Shown here one piece after another: positions 55,401-63,950 of a stretch of DNA of 64,000 nucleotides. Under the pieces are notes generated by a model. The model made no database searches and was not told the origin of the DNA. It was given only the letters and a program-made list of their open reading frames with translations. Numbering within the stretch: the stretch's first letter is position 1; each line of letters begins with the position of its first letter. Position numbers and translations under genes: made by a program. The stretch comes from Chloropicon primus (taxonomy: Eukaryota): NCBI GenBank assembly GCA_023205875.1, contig CP060756.1, forward strand, positions 744,001 to 808,000, in the 5' to 3' direction.

Positions 55401-58400
55401 AGGCCTCCACAACATTCGTGGTGTTTGGGGCATTGCTCATCAGGTCGATGAAGTCCGCGTTGATCCCGTCAAAGCGCTTGGAGTCCTCAGGAAGCTGAAC
55501 TCTGATGTCAGAACTGTGGATGAAGATGCTCTCAAGAGCGCTCCACTTTCTCTGGACGTCCTTCCACGACGCGAGCACGAAGTCAACGTTTCCAAGCTTT
55601 GTCTGCCAGGACGTGACCATTTCCAAGAACTTTGGGTTGCTCTGGACGTGCTTGCCGCTTCCAACGTTTTGGAGGATGACGTTGTCGTTCTCCAGGGCCT
55701 CCATCACCAGCTCGTCCACGGAGACGGACAAGACCTCGGAGTCTGGGAACGGCGTGAAGATCAGGGAGAAGGAAGCCCAAGTCTCCTCGACCTTCTTGAG
55801 GACCTTCTCTACGACGACCTCCTTCTGGGCCCTCTCCACGATCTCGCTGACGAGCTCCAGGTGGTTGTGCAGCTCCAAAGAGAGGAGGCCTCCGAGGGTG
55901 AAGTTCTCGTCCAAGGTGAACTGCTTTCCGGTTGCTCTCATGATCTGCTTCACGTGCCTGTCGCGAATGAACGGCTGGTGCAAGTCATCCACCAGAGGCA
56001 GCGAGGTCACCATCACCTTGACCATGCCCTCCAGCTTCTCAAACGCTTGGAAGCCTCTGAGGGCCTTGTTGAGCCCCTTGATCTGCTTCTGGATCTTCTT
56101 GCAGCCCATCGTCAAGTACTCCGTGTCGATCTTCTCCCAGAGAATCAGCTTCCACTCGTTGAAGGTGAATACGACGTACCCGATCATGTCCCACAACTCC
56201 TTCAAGTACCCGAGCTCCTCATCGCAGCGCCTCAGCTGCACGTAATCCGAGACAAAGAGCTCAAACAAGTCCTGGCACTCGTTGAGGTACTTGGCCTCAT
56301 TGATGATGTCGGACAGGGAGCCGTGGACACTTCCGCCGTTCTTGAAGCTGTCGATCGTGTTGTAGGCCTGCTGGACCTCCTCGACGGTGGACTCTTCTCC
56401 CGCAACCTTGAAGGGAGCGTCCTTCTGGAAGTTCTTTCTGAAGGTCTCAACCTTGACCTGGAAGCCATCACTGCGGGAGCGGATGTCCCTCGCCTCGAGG
56501 AGTTGTACCTCCTGAAGGGAATCCTTGGCCTGGGCCATTCTCTTCTTCAAGATTTCCCAAGAGTGTGGAATGTTGTCGAGCTTGTCAATCGTGCTATCTG
56601 GAAGCGTGATCTTGTAGCTCTGCAGGAGGGTGACAGTCTGCTTCAGAGGCTCGAAGGCGTTGTCGGTCTCATCCAAGCGCTTCCTGATGTCCCTGATGCA
56701 GCCCATGACCTCGTACAAGAGCTTCTGCTTGTCAACAGGCTCTTTCTCTTTCTCTTCCTCTTCCGCTCCTTCGGGAGCTGGCTCCTCTCCGTCGATGGAG
56801 GTGCTTGGAACCAAGTGGTCCGTCTGGTCGAGAATCTTGAAAGAGTTCTCGATGAACACGTGCAAGTCGTTCATCGTGCTGATGACCTTGTTCGACAGGT
56901 AGTTTGTGAACAGGTAAATCCACTTGGTGACCCAGGTCGACAGCGCCTGCTTGATGGGCTTGGAGTTGATCCTGATCCAGCCAATAGTCATGCTCGTTGG
57001 CAACGCATGGATCTCCTCCTGGATCAGCTTGTACTTCTGCACCTGCTCGTCGAAGCTCTCCAAGGAGGGCTCAGACTCGCCTTCAAGGAACTCGGCGAGA
57101 GAGGCTTGCAGGTCGTTGACCCACAAGTACTCGTACTTCCTGTACGAGTCCTTGAACTCGATGCACTTTCCTTCGTTCGCAATCACGATGGATTGAACCT
57201 CACTCATGGCGTCCAGGATCATGTAGTCTTCCTCGAGCTCGACCTGGTAGTTGCCATCCGTGTCGAGCCTCTTAAGCAAGGAGCCGACATTCAAGAAGTC
57301 CTTGAGCCAGCTGTTGAACATGTCCCTGACTCCTCCGCCACCTCCGCTCTCTCCGACGTCAGGACGCCAGACGATATTTGGAGCAGCGAGCTCGAGAGAG
57401 ATCTCGAGCAAAGGACCCTCCGCACCCTTTGTGTTCGCCCCCGCGTCGATCTGCTTGTGGAGCTGGTTCAGGGAAGCCAAAATAGCTTGGGAGATGCCCG
57501 AGGTGATGATGTCCGAGGCGTACTCGACGTAAGCCTTCCACGCCGGGGCGCCCTTGGAGACCTTGAGAATGCGGTTGGAGTTTGCAAGGTTCTTCTTGAT
57601 TCCCTTTCCTCCCTCCTCAATGGCCGCGTAACGCGCTGACCTCACGGCCTCGTGCGCCTCCTTAAAGTCCGAAACGCTGTACACCTGTCCCTCCTTCCTC
57701 TCGAACATGGTGTTCTCCTCCCAGGACTTCAAGATCTCTCTGGTGGACTCAATGTTGGACTTGATGACCGTCAAGGTCTTGTGCAGCTCCTTGACCATGT
57801 TCATGACCTCGCTGATGTAGTTGTCGATCTTGTGACTGTTCCAGTTCAGGGTGTCGAGGCCCTTCTCAAGAGCCTTGTCGATGTCTTCCAGCTTCTTCTC
57901 AAAGAGAGGCTTCTCCACTGGCAGCAGCTCCTTTTGGATCGTGTTGTAGATCGTGCAAATGACGTCCAGGTTCGCGATGTAGCTGCGGAGCTCGTCGTTC
58001 CTCTCGTAAATCTTCATGGTGGAATCCGGCACCGTGAAGCCGAGCTGCAAGAAGTACTTGACCTCCCTCAGCATCCTGACCAGCACGGGGTCGAAGTTCA
58101 CCTTGACCATCGAGAACTCCCCGTGCTCGACCCTGATGAGGAGGGAACACTTCAACTTCTCCTCGATCGCGACCCCGACCTCCCCGGTCCACTTGTTGTA
58201 CTGTGCCTTCTCGTAGTCGCAAAGCACGGCGTGGGTCTGAGTGTAGGACTTCAAGAGCTCTTCGTACTCCTGCGAAGCGTTCGTCTCCTTGAAGTTCTTG
58301 AACTTCTGCATCGGCTGCTCGATACGTGCTTTGAGGCCCTGAACCCAGGACACGGCCCCGGAGCTAGGAGCCTTGTTGTTCGTGATACAAGGCGACTCCT

Positions 58401-60093
58401 TCTCGAGGTTGAAAATCCTGTACACGGTCCTGATGTCCTCCGCGTAAGCCTGCAAGAGCTTCATCCTCTTCTCCTCGAGGTCGTGCGCGATGATCTCGCG
58501 CTCCAGGAGGCCCTCAAACGAGTCGAGGAGCTTGAACGTCATGCTGATCGTGGTGCAATCGTCAAGCCCCTGAGAGATGACCGAACCGAGCCTCCTCTCC
58601 AGCTCCTTGATGCTGCAGCGGAACTCGTAGAAGTCGTCGTCAAACTCCTTGGACTCCACGCTCAAGAGATCGTACTCGATGGAATGGAACTTGCTCACAG
58701 CTTGCTGGAAGTCGGCAAAGATCTGGCGGACGGACGTGGTCAAGGTCTTGCCCTTCGTGCCGCCGACCTCCACCTTCTCGAGCTTGTTGAACTGCAGAAC
58801 CGTCTGCGAGAGATCCAAGATATCGTGGCACCTCTCCATGAAAGAATCGAGCCTCGCGAACAGGATGGAGTTCTGGAAGCGCCACATGTTGTTAGGCGAC
58901 TCCGTCTGCGTCTTTGCCTTGTAGTCAAAGTAGTACGACTTGAAGGTCCCCAAAACCTTCAAGGTCGTCTTCAAGTTCTCCGACGCCTCGTTTGGATCCA
59001 TCTGCAAGATCTCGTCCCCGGCCAAGAACCTGCAGGCCTGCATGATCAGGTCGTTGCAAATCTCCCTGATCAAGATCACCAGCCTCGTGGCCGTATTGTA
59101 GTACTTGGAGTGCTTCCAGATCAGCAAGATCAGGTGCAAGATCGGCTTGAAGAGGTCTGGAAGCTTTGGAAAGTCGTCCATGAGGCTCAGTTTCTCCAGG
59201 TAAGGCCTGAGGGCCTTGAGGAACTTGACGTTGTCGTTAGCCTCGAGCCTGGCGATGACAATCTCCTTGCAGAGGCGGTTGAAGGCCGGCGAGTACGTGC
59301 TCTTGCTGAGCTCCAGGATCTTAATGACCTTCTTGATCCTCTCGCTCGAGAGCTGCTCGATGATGGAGTTCAAGTCGTTCGACCGCGACTGCCAGAACTC
59401 GATCTCGACGAGGGGGCCGGGGTTCGCCCCGTCCTTCAACGCGGCCTCCGGGTCGCTCTTGAGGACGTTCTTGATTTGCCTAGTCCAGGTAATCACCGCG
59501 CTCTCGAGAATGTGGACCCTGTCCTTGTCCCTCATCAGTCCCTTGTCGTCCTTGGACTCGCTAGGGGGCAACGGCAGCAAGGTCTTGCCCTTGGTGTGCC
59601 CCACGTTGATGTACACGTTAGCGACGAACTTGTTCATGTGGTCTGTGATGTCCTTGGAGAGAACCTCCGGCCACCCCTTCTGATTTCGGGGGTTGGTCAA
59701 GATAGGCAAGAACACCTCCTGCGAGACCGTGGAGAGGTACTCGAGGGGCACGTCGCCGAGGTCTCCGACGACGACCTCCTTCTGCATGTTGTCCTTCGTC
59801 AGCGCAACGTCATTGAGTTTGACGAAGTACAAAGACTTCTTCTTGAAGTTCTTCGGCGGGTTGACGAAGGCCACGAGGTTCGACCCCTCGAACGCCACGT
59901 GCAGGTAGGTCTTCTCCCTGGAGTCCAAGAATCCCACGATGAGGGACCTGGACGCCTCCGTCGCCATAAGCTTCTGAATCTGCTCATCCTTGCAGTTGAG
60001 GGAAGACTTAATGCGCTCGAGCAGCCAGTCGATGCGCTCGTCAGGAGCGACTTCCTCCTCGTTCTCGGAGTCCTCTTGGCCTCCCCTGCCCAT
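46498..60093 (-). CDS. ODA4: Axonemal outer-arm dynein heavy chain, beta (ODA4/DNAH9-17) type, 4531 aa, intronless
   Basis: DHC N1/N2 tail; P-loops GPAGTGKT, GPAGSGKT, GNTGTGKT and GVGGSGKQ; CFDEFNR; stalk. No kelch N-terminus, which argues against the alpha chain. Confidence 0.9.
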   Translation of the reverse strand: MGRGGQEDSENEEEVAPDERIDWLLERIKSSLNCKDEQIQKLMATEASRSLIVGFLDSREKTYLHVAFEGSNLVAFVNPPKNFKKKSLYFVKLNDVALTKDNMQKEVVVGDLGDVPLEYLSTVSQEVFLPILTNPRNQKGWPEVLSKDITDHMNKFVANVYINVGHTKGKTLLPLPPSESKDDKGLMRDKDRVHILESAVITWTRQIKNVLKSDPEAALKDGANPGPLVEIEFWQSRSNDLNSIIEQLSSERIKKVIKILELSKSTYSPAFNRLCKEIVIARLEANDNVKFLKALRPYLEKLSLMDDFPKLPDLFKPILHLILLIWKHSKYYNTATRLVILIREICNDLIMQACRFLAGDEILQMDPNEASENLKTTLKVLGTFKSYYFDYKAKTQTESPNNMWRFQNSILFARLDSFMERCHDILDLSQTVLQFNKLEKVEVGGTKGKTLTTSVRQIFADFQQAVSKFHSIEYDLLSVESKEFDDDFYEFRCSIKELERRLGSVISQGLDDCTTISMTFKLLDSFEGLLEREIIAHDLEEKRMKLLQAYAEDIRTVYRIFNLEKESPCITNNKAPSSGAVSWVQGLKARIEQPMQKFKNFKETNASQEYEELLKSYTQTHAVLCDYEKAQYNKWTGEVGVAIEEKLKCSLLIRVEHGEFSMVKVNFDPVLVRMLREVKYFLQLGFTVPDSTMKIYERNDELRSYIANLDVICTIYNTIQKELLPVEKPLFEKKLEDIDKALEKGLDTLNWNSHKIDNYISEVMNMVKELHKTLTVIKSNIESTREILKSWEENTMFERKEGQVYSVSDFKEAHEAVRSARYAAIEEGGKGIKKNLANSNRILKVSKGAPAWKAYVEYASDIITSGISQAILASLNQLHKQIDAGANTKGAEGPLLEISLELAAPNIVWRPDVGESGGGGGVRDMFNSWLKDFLNVGSLLKRLDTDGNYQVELEEDYMILDAMSEVQSIVIANEGKCIEFKDSYRKYEYLWVNDLQASLAEFLEGESEPSLESFDEQVQKYKLIQEEIHALPTSMTIGWIRINSKPIKQALSTWVTKWIYLFTNYLSNKVISTMNDLHVFIENSFKILDQTDHLVPSTSIDGEEPAPEGAEEEEKEKEPVDKQKLLYEVMGCIRDIRKRLDETDNAFEPLKQTVTLLQSYKITLPDSTIDKLDNIPHSWEILKKRMAQAKDSLQEVQLLEARDIRSRSDGFQVKVETFRKNFQKDAPFKVAGEESTVEEVQQAYNTIDSFKNGGSVHGSLSDIINEAKYLNECQDLFELFVSDYVQLRRCDEELGYLKELWDMIGYVVFTFNEWKLILWEKIDTEYLTMGCKKIQKQIKGLNKALRGFQAFEKLEGMVKVMVTSLPLVDDLHQPFIRDRHVKQIMRATGKQFTLDENFTLGGLLSLELHNHLELVSEIVERAQKEVVVEKVLKKVEETWASFSLIFTPFPDSEVLSVSVDELVMEALENDNVILQNVGSGKHVQSNPKFLEMVTSWQTKLGNVDFVLASWKDVQRKWSALESIFIHSSDIRVQLPEDSKRFDGINADFIDLMSNAPNTTNVVEACNQEGFQERLDNMLVELELCEKALNEYLETKRMIFPRFYFVSQADLLDMLSKGNNPLSIEKHLPKNFDTVSKLEFQTNEKGEVTKTAIGMYSKEMEYVKFAADCVCDGPVENWLGTVVAAMQKALSYEFKTALPVYEEKPRQKWILENSTQMTVVITRVMFTQQMNEAFEQLEDGNTEVLKEEYDRQVSQISDIVELITGELTKNDRKKLITLCTLDVHARDVVLRFIDEKVEAGTCFQWQSQLRYFQHEETKEVKVDICDATIKYGYEYIGNCGCLCITPLTDRCYITLTQAQRLVLGGAPAGPAGTGKTETVKDLGRCLGVQVYVYNCSDQMDYKTMGSIYKGLAQTGAWGCFDEFNRIPVAVLSVCSTQYKSVLDAIRAQKPSFILEDVDVKLIPSAMAFITMNPGYPGRAELPESLKALFRPVSMCVPDLALICEVMLMAEGFQDSKLLARKFVILYSLSGDLLSKSAHYDWKLRAIKTTLYVAGGMKRSSPDLSEDKVLLRALRDFNLGKLTTDDSRIFMGLLEDLFPNTLSKVPRAIDDVFEEAVKKAGAELDYQTDDVFRLKVSQLREIFEVRWSVFLLGPAGSGKTAIWKTLLKAQQIIGEKTQAKPLNPKAVTRNELYGYVNRATREWNEGLISTTFRDMSNNDTFAHQWIVLDGDIDAEWIESMNTVMDDNKMLTLASNERIPLTSTMRLLLEINHMIHCSPATVSRGGVIYVNETDVGVQPVVDSWIGKQSATNYRSILSTLFAKYLDKSLEFCRRNFKTIIPLSGVSMAQGICKILEGIIPKEENAPRPDQVLMEHHFVFACVWAIGGAMLVDKVNDFATEFSKWWQSEFKVVQFPNKGLVFDYFVSETDGEGNAVPTMTHWHEKVPQYLYSPENDFGKIFVPTMETSRLTYLLDSLFENKHYVMFVGNTGTGKTAIMQSKLSSMDAEEVTQCTVSMNSFTEAWDLQPTLEAPLEKKSGMRYGPPGSKRLIYFIDDMNMPNKDKYDTQGAIEIVRQYVDYGGWYDKEKILLKEIMKCQLCASMNPTAGSFTLTPRMQRHFLTLAVQMPDADVLKSIYHGIFDGHMAPFGAELQDYSERVINATIELHKQVMNTFLPSAVKFHYQFNLRELSSVVQGMCRTTPEFFTSTKQIVRLWVHECERVFLDRLVTESDRSKFSEIRTMLTKKYFEDQDAAEIEELPRLFTSFTSFSADDEPVYSSITGMDSLKKLLEQKLEEYNGGNPAMNLVLFDQAIEHITRITRIIGQPRGNAVLVGVGGSGKQSLARLAAFVSDQETFQIQITGSYGISDFKEFFLSLYHRAGVKSMPTTFLITDNQIVDQRFLVYINDFLATGYVADVFTQEERDNVCNAVRSEVKQAGIVDSTDNCWNFFISKVRKYLHIVMCFSPVGENFKVWARQFPALINCTVYDYFTDWPFEALVSVAQKFLNNIPDLEDEVQENLAYHMAFVHQSVAEACADFKIVQRRYAYTTPKSYLELISLYQSLLADKRAGLIKSRERLENGVDKIVQASQQVADLQLSLKQEQIIVEEKKTTTDALIASIGQEKGVVDQAVESSRDDEEACAKIAEEVTAFQAECEEDLKAAEPIIAEAEAALDSLDKASLGELKTFGSPSEEIVNVAAACMILTAPKGKIPKDLSWQAGKKMMNKVDAFLQSLKDFDKDNTPVNCVEKVEKDYMSNPNFTADNIRAKSSAAAGLCAWVINICKYYRIYEVVAPKRAKLADANKKLNDANRKLKGIRSKVKELQDRVASLEDNLMKATEDKNRAIAQADKTASKKALADRLINGLSGERVRWGESIEKFNVMEGKLIGDVLLASSFVSYAGPFDINYREKLVNMKWLPDMSERQIPMSEGIAPLDILTDESLKAQWNQEGLPTDPLSVGNGAIMSNAARWSLMIDPQLQGVKWVINKEESNGLKIIQLSQDRYLDTVEQCMENGIPLLIENMGEEIDAVLNPVIGRETSTRGRTLLIKLGEKEIEYDPNFKLFLQTKLSNPHYRPEINAQTTLVNFCVTEKGLEDQILAVVVENLRPDLQREAADLVKTLAQYTITLNELEDNLLFKLANAKGDILEDVELVENLEETKKTAIDIAQKVEDAKVTSENIATARETYRSIAARGSLMYFVVNELNNLDRVYQFSMANYMYILVKGIHLGMPKKEPKEEEEAEAVEGEQPAEGTEEKPKEGNSPEEIKQIMETMSITIFRYITQGIFERHRLIAASELAFKILKSKGELDAQSLDHLLKGPRVKGKPNALGDWLPESAWEALTALSELEAFTTLPDDILGSTKRWKEWFELEYCETESYPGEWRKASEFNKLLMMRTLRPDRLPAAIQKFVENVLGSSFTESVPFNLERSFEDAKPGTPIFVFLSPGVDVAVSVEALGKNFGISRDAGNYNSVSLGQGQEEKAISYLKHAHKNGGWVLLQNIHLTIDWTSGPLEKAVDKLAEGAHEDFRLFLSAEPPPILERGLPISLLQNSIKLTNEPTMGLKENILRAYSNFEEEYLENCAKPGEFRSIIFALCYFHSALLERKKYGVGNLPGAQSGIGWNMNYPFNTGDLLCCAQCAYNYLENANSVPWDDLQYIFGEIMYGGHVVEDWDRRLTMAYLKKYFVEAALEPMEMFPGFTSPPSTLNKVQVMDFVEETMPMDTPLSVGLHPNAEIGYKLRETETYGKSVLLLQPREAGGGGGVSVEEKTKMVLDEMLEKLPEVFDMEEIRSDGEDQSPYTMVAIQECERMNLLLGILRASLVELNLGLKGDLTMTESMENLMYSLANDQIPGTWMKYAYASLRPLGSWLQNLIERHAQLTDWTTDMSLPKVVWLGALFNPQSFLTAVMQTTARRNDWPLDKTKIVTEVTKKQVDQIEAPPRDGAYIHGLTLEGARIDEKANALEDSRPKELFYKMPVIQVKAVTADKADMRDVYQCPVYVTECRFRQEVFTAQLKFKKDHGELKWILAGVCMFLDVE

Positions 60094-60850
60094 GTTTCCA
60101 AATTTGGTCCGCTCCCCCCGTCCCTTCCGCGTCTAACAAGCCCTCGTGCCCCTCTCGCGTCGTCGGTGTTGCGAGGGAACTAACCCAATGGGGTCACCAC
60201 CAAGAGGGCAGACGAGAACTTTGAAAGGAGAGAGAGAGTAAACCTCCGCCTCCCTTCCAAAGGGACCGAGCTGGACCCAATGTGAGTGCGGCTTCAATCC
60301 GCTAATTCCTGGTATTCGCTCCCCACTAGGCTCCCCAACTCCTTCCCTCACTTGGTTGCGGGCGCCATGAGTCGGTAGCTCCAGTGATCGCGCACACACA
60401 GGACAGAACCCAAAAAAAACAATCAAGAGAGAGAGAGAGAGAGAGACCTCCCCGCATTGGGTCCCCGGTCCTCCAAAGTCCAAAAATGTTTTCAAACTTA
60501 ACATGGAATCTGTACACGATCTTGGGGTCCGACCCCAGGAATCGTATTTCTTATAGTAGATGAGTGACGTTACCTCGGGAACGAAGGACTCGACCCCACT
60601 CGAGTGGAGAGGCCTTTGTGCTCGTTCTTCGTGAATCCCGCGAGTGGTTCGGTCTCCGGACGAATGCGATGCGAGGCACGACTTTGACTTTTCTTCCCTC
60701 TCTCTTCCTCGCCACCTGGAGGAACGATTCACGGGGAACGCCGTGGACAGACTTCCGTCGTGTGACGTATCGAGGAACCACAATTTCAACTTCCCTGTCC
60801 AGTTTCCGTAGAGCGAAGTAGGCTTACCAGTTCTGACCTTGACCTACACC

Positions 60851-60877
60851 AACTCTAAACTCTAAACTCTAAACTCT
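60851..60877. repeat. (AAACTCT)n heptamer repeat (TTTAGAG on the minus strand)
   Basis: aactctaaactctaaactctaaactct read directly. Confidence 0.8.
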
Positions 60878-61042
60878 CCAGTCGTCTAAACTTCCCCAGT
60901 GAAAAAGCCTCTCCCTTCCTCCCTTCCTTCCTTCCTTGATCCAAATGATCTACTTTACCGAAACTGGAACTGGGACAGAAAGCTTTGGTGACCCACCAGC
61001 GCAGACAGAGAGAGGAGACACAGAGAGAGACGACGAGAAGAG

Positions 61043-62058
61043 ATGGGTTGCTGCTACAGTGTCCCAGATGCGCCGGATGTCATCCTCCCAGGTAGGTCAA
61101 CGTCCTTCCGCAGACGAATTCGCACATCATCTTGTACTGACGACAGCCGACTCCTACTCTTGTGTGCTTTGTCTCCGCTTCTTTCCCTGGCACAAAAGAC
61201 CCGGAGGGGCCTTCCACCTTCACTTGCAAGAAGCTTGGAATGTTCTCTGATGACTACGTTGTCCTCGCCGACGAGCAGGACCCCAACTCCAAGTGGCTCT
61301 TCCTCAACAGGCAGGGTGGACTCTTCTCCGGAAGCTTGTCGTAAGTGTGCACATCCTGGCAACGACGCTCCCGCCCATCTTGCGGCGTGTGCTGCGTTTC
61401 TGACCCTTCGTTCTCTTGCGTGCCTCCCCCCTCGCCCCTGCACAGGATTGATTTGGAGAACTTCGTGAGGAACAACCCAGACAACCCAAAGAAGGGAGAG
61501 ATCTTGTGGTACGTCAAGTTCGACAGCGCTCCAAAGTACAAGAGGGAGTACGACGACGACAGCAGTGACGACGAGTTCTCCGACGGCGGGGACTACTTCA
61601 GCTTCCTGAGGCACAGGAGGGAGAACCACTACGCCATGAAGTGGAAGATGATTAGCGAGATGAGGATCGAGCCGGGCAAGAGGCCTGGGGGATCTTACAT
61701 CCTCAAGGTGAAGGCCAAGGGTACCGCCACCAGAAAGGTGAGGTACGAGCTCAACGACGAAGGCCAGAGGGAGAAGAGGTACCACGACCACGAGAGGGTG
61801 AAGAGCGTGAGCTACAAGATGATCCAGAAGAGCGACGGGGCTGAGGTGGACACCTGGAAGATTCGCGGAGACTTGAACAGGGGAAGAGAGTGCCACTGGG
61901 AGAATGTCTTGTTCGACGCGACGGAGAACAGGGGGGTCAACCGCGTCAACACCAAGCCAAACTGCGACCCTTCCCTCTGCCTCCTCGTCGCGCACATCTG
62001 CGCCACCGAGTACGACATTGGAGCCGTCAAGTCCAACTTCAGGCCGCAGTGGGAGTAA
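61043..62058 (+). CDS. Hypothetical dually acylated protein (267 aa); exons 61043-61091, 61199-61340, 61446-62058
   Basis: MGCCYS start. Two GT-AG introns with CTGAC branch sites splice in phase, and exon 3 has host-like codon bias. Confidence 0.72.
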
Positions 62059-62394
62059 GTGCACAACAACAACAACAAGCGTGGCTCCCTTTCGATCCCT
62101 TCCCCCCCTTTCTCCCTCGATCTCGCCCCTCCGCAGGGGGACACAGAGGACTGACGGATGGCTCTCTCTCCTTCGCGTGTGTGTGTGCGTTCGCAGGAGG
62201 CAAAAGTTCTACCACGAGACTCCTTGGTCTGGATAGACAACAACAGCAACAGACGACAACACACAACAGACGACACGAGAGAGAAACAAACCTTTGGAGA
62301 AGATCTCGTCTTTCTTGCTTCCGCGGGGGACAGGAGATCCCCCCGTTTGTTTAATAATAGAATCATCATCCTTTCCCTTTCTTTCCCCTCACTC

Positions 62395-62430
62395 CCTCAT
62401 CTTCCTCATCTTCCTCATCTTCCTCATCTT
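62395..62430. repeat. (CCTCATCTT)4 tandem repeat
   Basis: Four perfect 9-bp units upstream of the RluD-like gene. Confidence 0.85.
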
Positions 62431-62483
62431 CCCCCTCACGTCCCTCAGCATCCCAGACTCAAAAGGTGCTGCTGGTGCTGGTC

Positions 62484-63824
62484 ATGGCGCGTGGACTCCT
62501 CGTGTCGAGGCGGATGTGCTTGTCCTCCTTGGCGAGGGGGAGGACCGCCGCCGCGCCCCAAGCCCTTCGATGCCGGGCCTGGTGCTCTTCCCCCTCCGAC
62601 CGCGACGACGGCGCGTCGACCTCGGGGAGGACGGCCACCACGAGGGAGGACGAGGACCATCACCACCACCGCAAGGGAGGAGTGGTGGATGGAGGGGGCC
62701 GGACTTCCCTGTTCGTGGTGCCCGGGGGGGTCGGGGGTCGAGGGAGCAAGGGGGCAGTGCGGCTGGACGCTTTTCTTTCCGATCAGCTCGTGGAGAGGAA
62801 CCTGAGTAGAGCGAGGATCCAGGAGAGCGTGCGGGCGGGGACGGCGACGGTGAACGGGCGCGTGCAGGTGAAGCCGGCGTACAAGCTCCGCCCGGGGGAC
62901 GAGGTGGTGTGCGAGATCCTGGATCGCCCCCCCCTCGACGTGGAGCCGGAGGACATTCCCCTCGACGTGGTTTACGAGGACGACTGCCTCCTGGTCGTCG
63001 ACAAGCCTGCGGGTCTGGTGGTCCACCCGGCCCCGGGCAACCACGGAGGGACCCTGGTGAACGCGGTTCTGCACCACTGCAACCTCCCTGGGCTGCGGGT
63101 GGGGGGGCTGGACGAGGGGGAGGACGGCGAGGGCGAGGGGAACGGCGAGGGCGCGTCGTCCCCCCACCCTTACCGCAAGGCGGAGCTGATGTATGGGAGC
63201 GTCCCGGTGCCGAGGCCCGGAATCGTCCACCGGCTGGACAAGGGGACCAGCGGACTGATGGTGGTGGCGAAGGACGACCTGGCGCGCGAGAGCTTGCAGC
63301 TCCAGTTCCGGGAGAGGACTGTGGAGCGCAAGTACCTCTCCATCTTGTGCGGCCAGATACAGGCGGCCGCTCGGGGGGGGGAGGACGGTGTTGGCGCGGA
63401 GGGGAGGGTCGTCACGGCCATCGGCAGGGACAGGAGGGAGCGAACCCGCATGGCAGCCTTCCCGATCCAGGGCGTGGAGCACAAGCCGCACTTGAAGAGG
63501 GCGTCCAGCAGGTACTCGATCCAAGAGGTCCTCGCGGGGGGGGCGGCCTCCCTCGTCTCCTGGAGACTGGAAACCGGTAGAACCCACCAGATCCGAGTCC
63601 ACGCCAAGTTCTTGAACGCCCCCCTCCTGGGGGACGTGACCTACGGGGGCAGGACCGAGCTCGCTGGCCTTGGAACGATGCAGCGGCCCGCTCTGCACGC
63701 CGCGACCCTCGGGTTCGACCACCCCAAGACGGGGAAGAGGCTCAAGTTCGAGAGGGACGCGCCCGAAGACTTCCTCGCCGCGCTGAGAGACTTGCGCCGC
63801 CACCGGCAACCCACCAGCACGTAG
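62484..63824 (+). CDS. RluD/RluA-family RNA pseudouridine synthase with an S4 domain, organelle-targeted
   Basis: RLDAFL...SRARIQ S4 domain, VVDKPAGLVVHPAPG, PGIVHRLDKGTSG, LETGRTHQIRVH and ALHAATLGFDHP. TGTAA at 63856. Confidence 0.92.
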   Translation: MARGLLVSRRMCLSSLARGRTAAAPQALRCRAWCSSPSDRDDGASTSGRTATTREDEDHHHHRKGGVVDGGGRTSLFVVPGGVGGRGSKGAVRLDAFLSDQLVERNLSRARIQESVRAGTATVNGRVQVKPAYKLRPGDEVVCEILDRPPLDVEPEDIPLDVVYEDDCLLVVDKPAGLVVHPAPGNHGGTLVNAVLHHCNLPGLRVGGLDEGEDGEGEGNGEGASSPHPYRKAELMYGSVPVPRPGIVHRLDKGTSGLMVVAKDDLARESLQLQFRERTVERKYLSILCGQIQAAARGGEDGVGAEGRVVTAIGRDRRERTRMAAFPIQGVEHKPHLKRASSRYSIQEVLAGGAASLVSWRLETGRTHQIRVHAKFLNAPLLGDVTYGGRTELAGLGTMQRPALHAATLGFDHPKTGKRLKFERDAPEDFLAALRDLRRHRQPTST

Positions 63825-63950
63825 TGGTGGTGGGTTGCACACGCATTGCATTGTCTGTAATTCACTCCATTATTGGCTTCTCCTCTCCCGGATTTTGCAA
63901 AATCTTATCCTCTTTGGCCTTGGGGTCGGGGACCGTTACCAACACACACT

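Noticed and set aside
52777..57639. 1620-aa plus-strand ORF, and similar ones at 47422, 49834 and 57652, antisense to dynein
   Set aside because: Shadow ORFs: the real gene avoids TTA/CTA/TCA codons, so the antisense frame lacks stops. The translation is L/V/H-rich with no motifs.
60261..60340. GAGTGCGG-CTTCAAT-CCGC resembling a tRNA-Sec (TCA) anticodon arm
   Set aside because: No D-stem, long variable arm, T-loop or acceptor stem can be formed around it.
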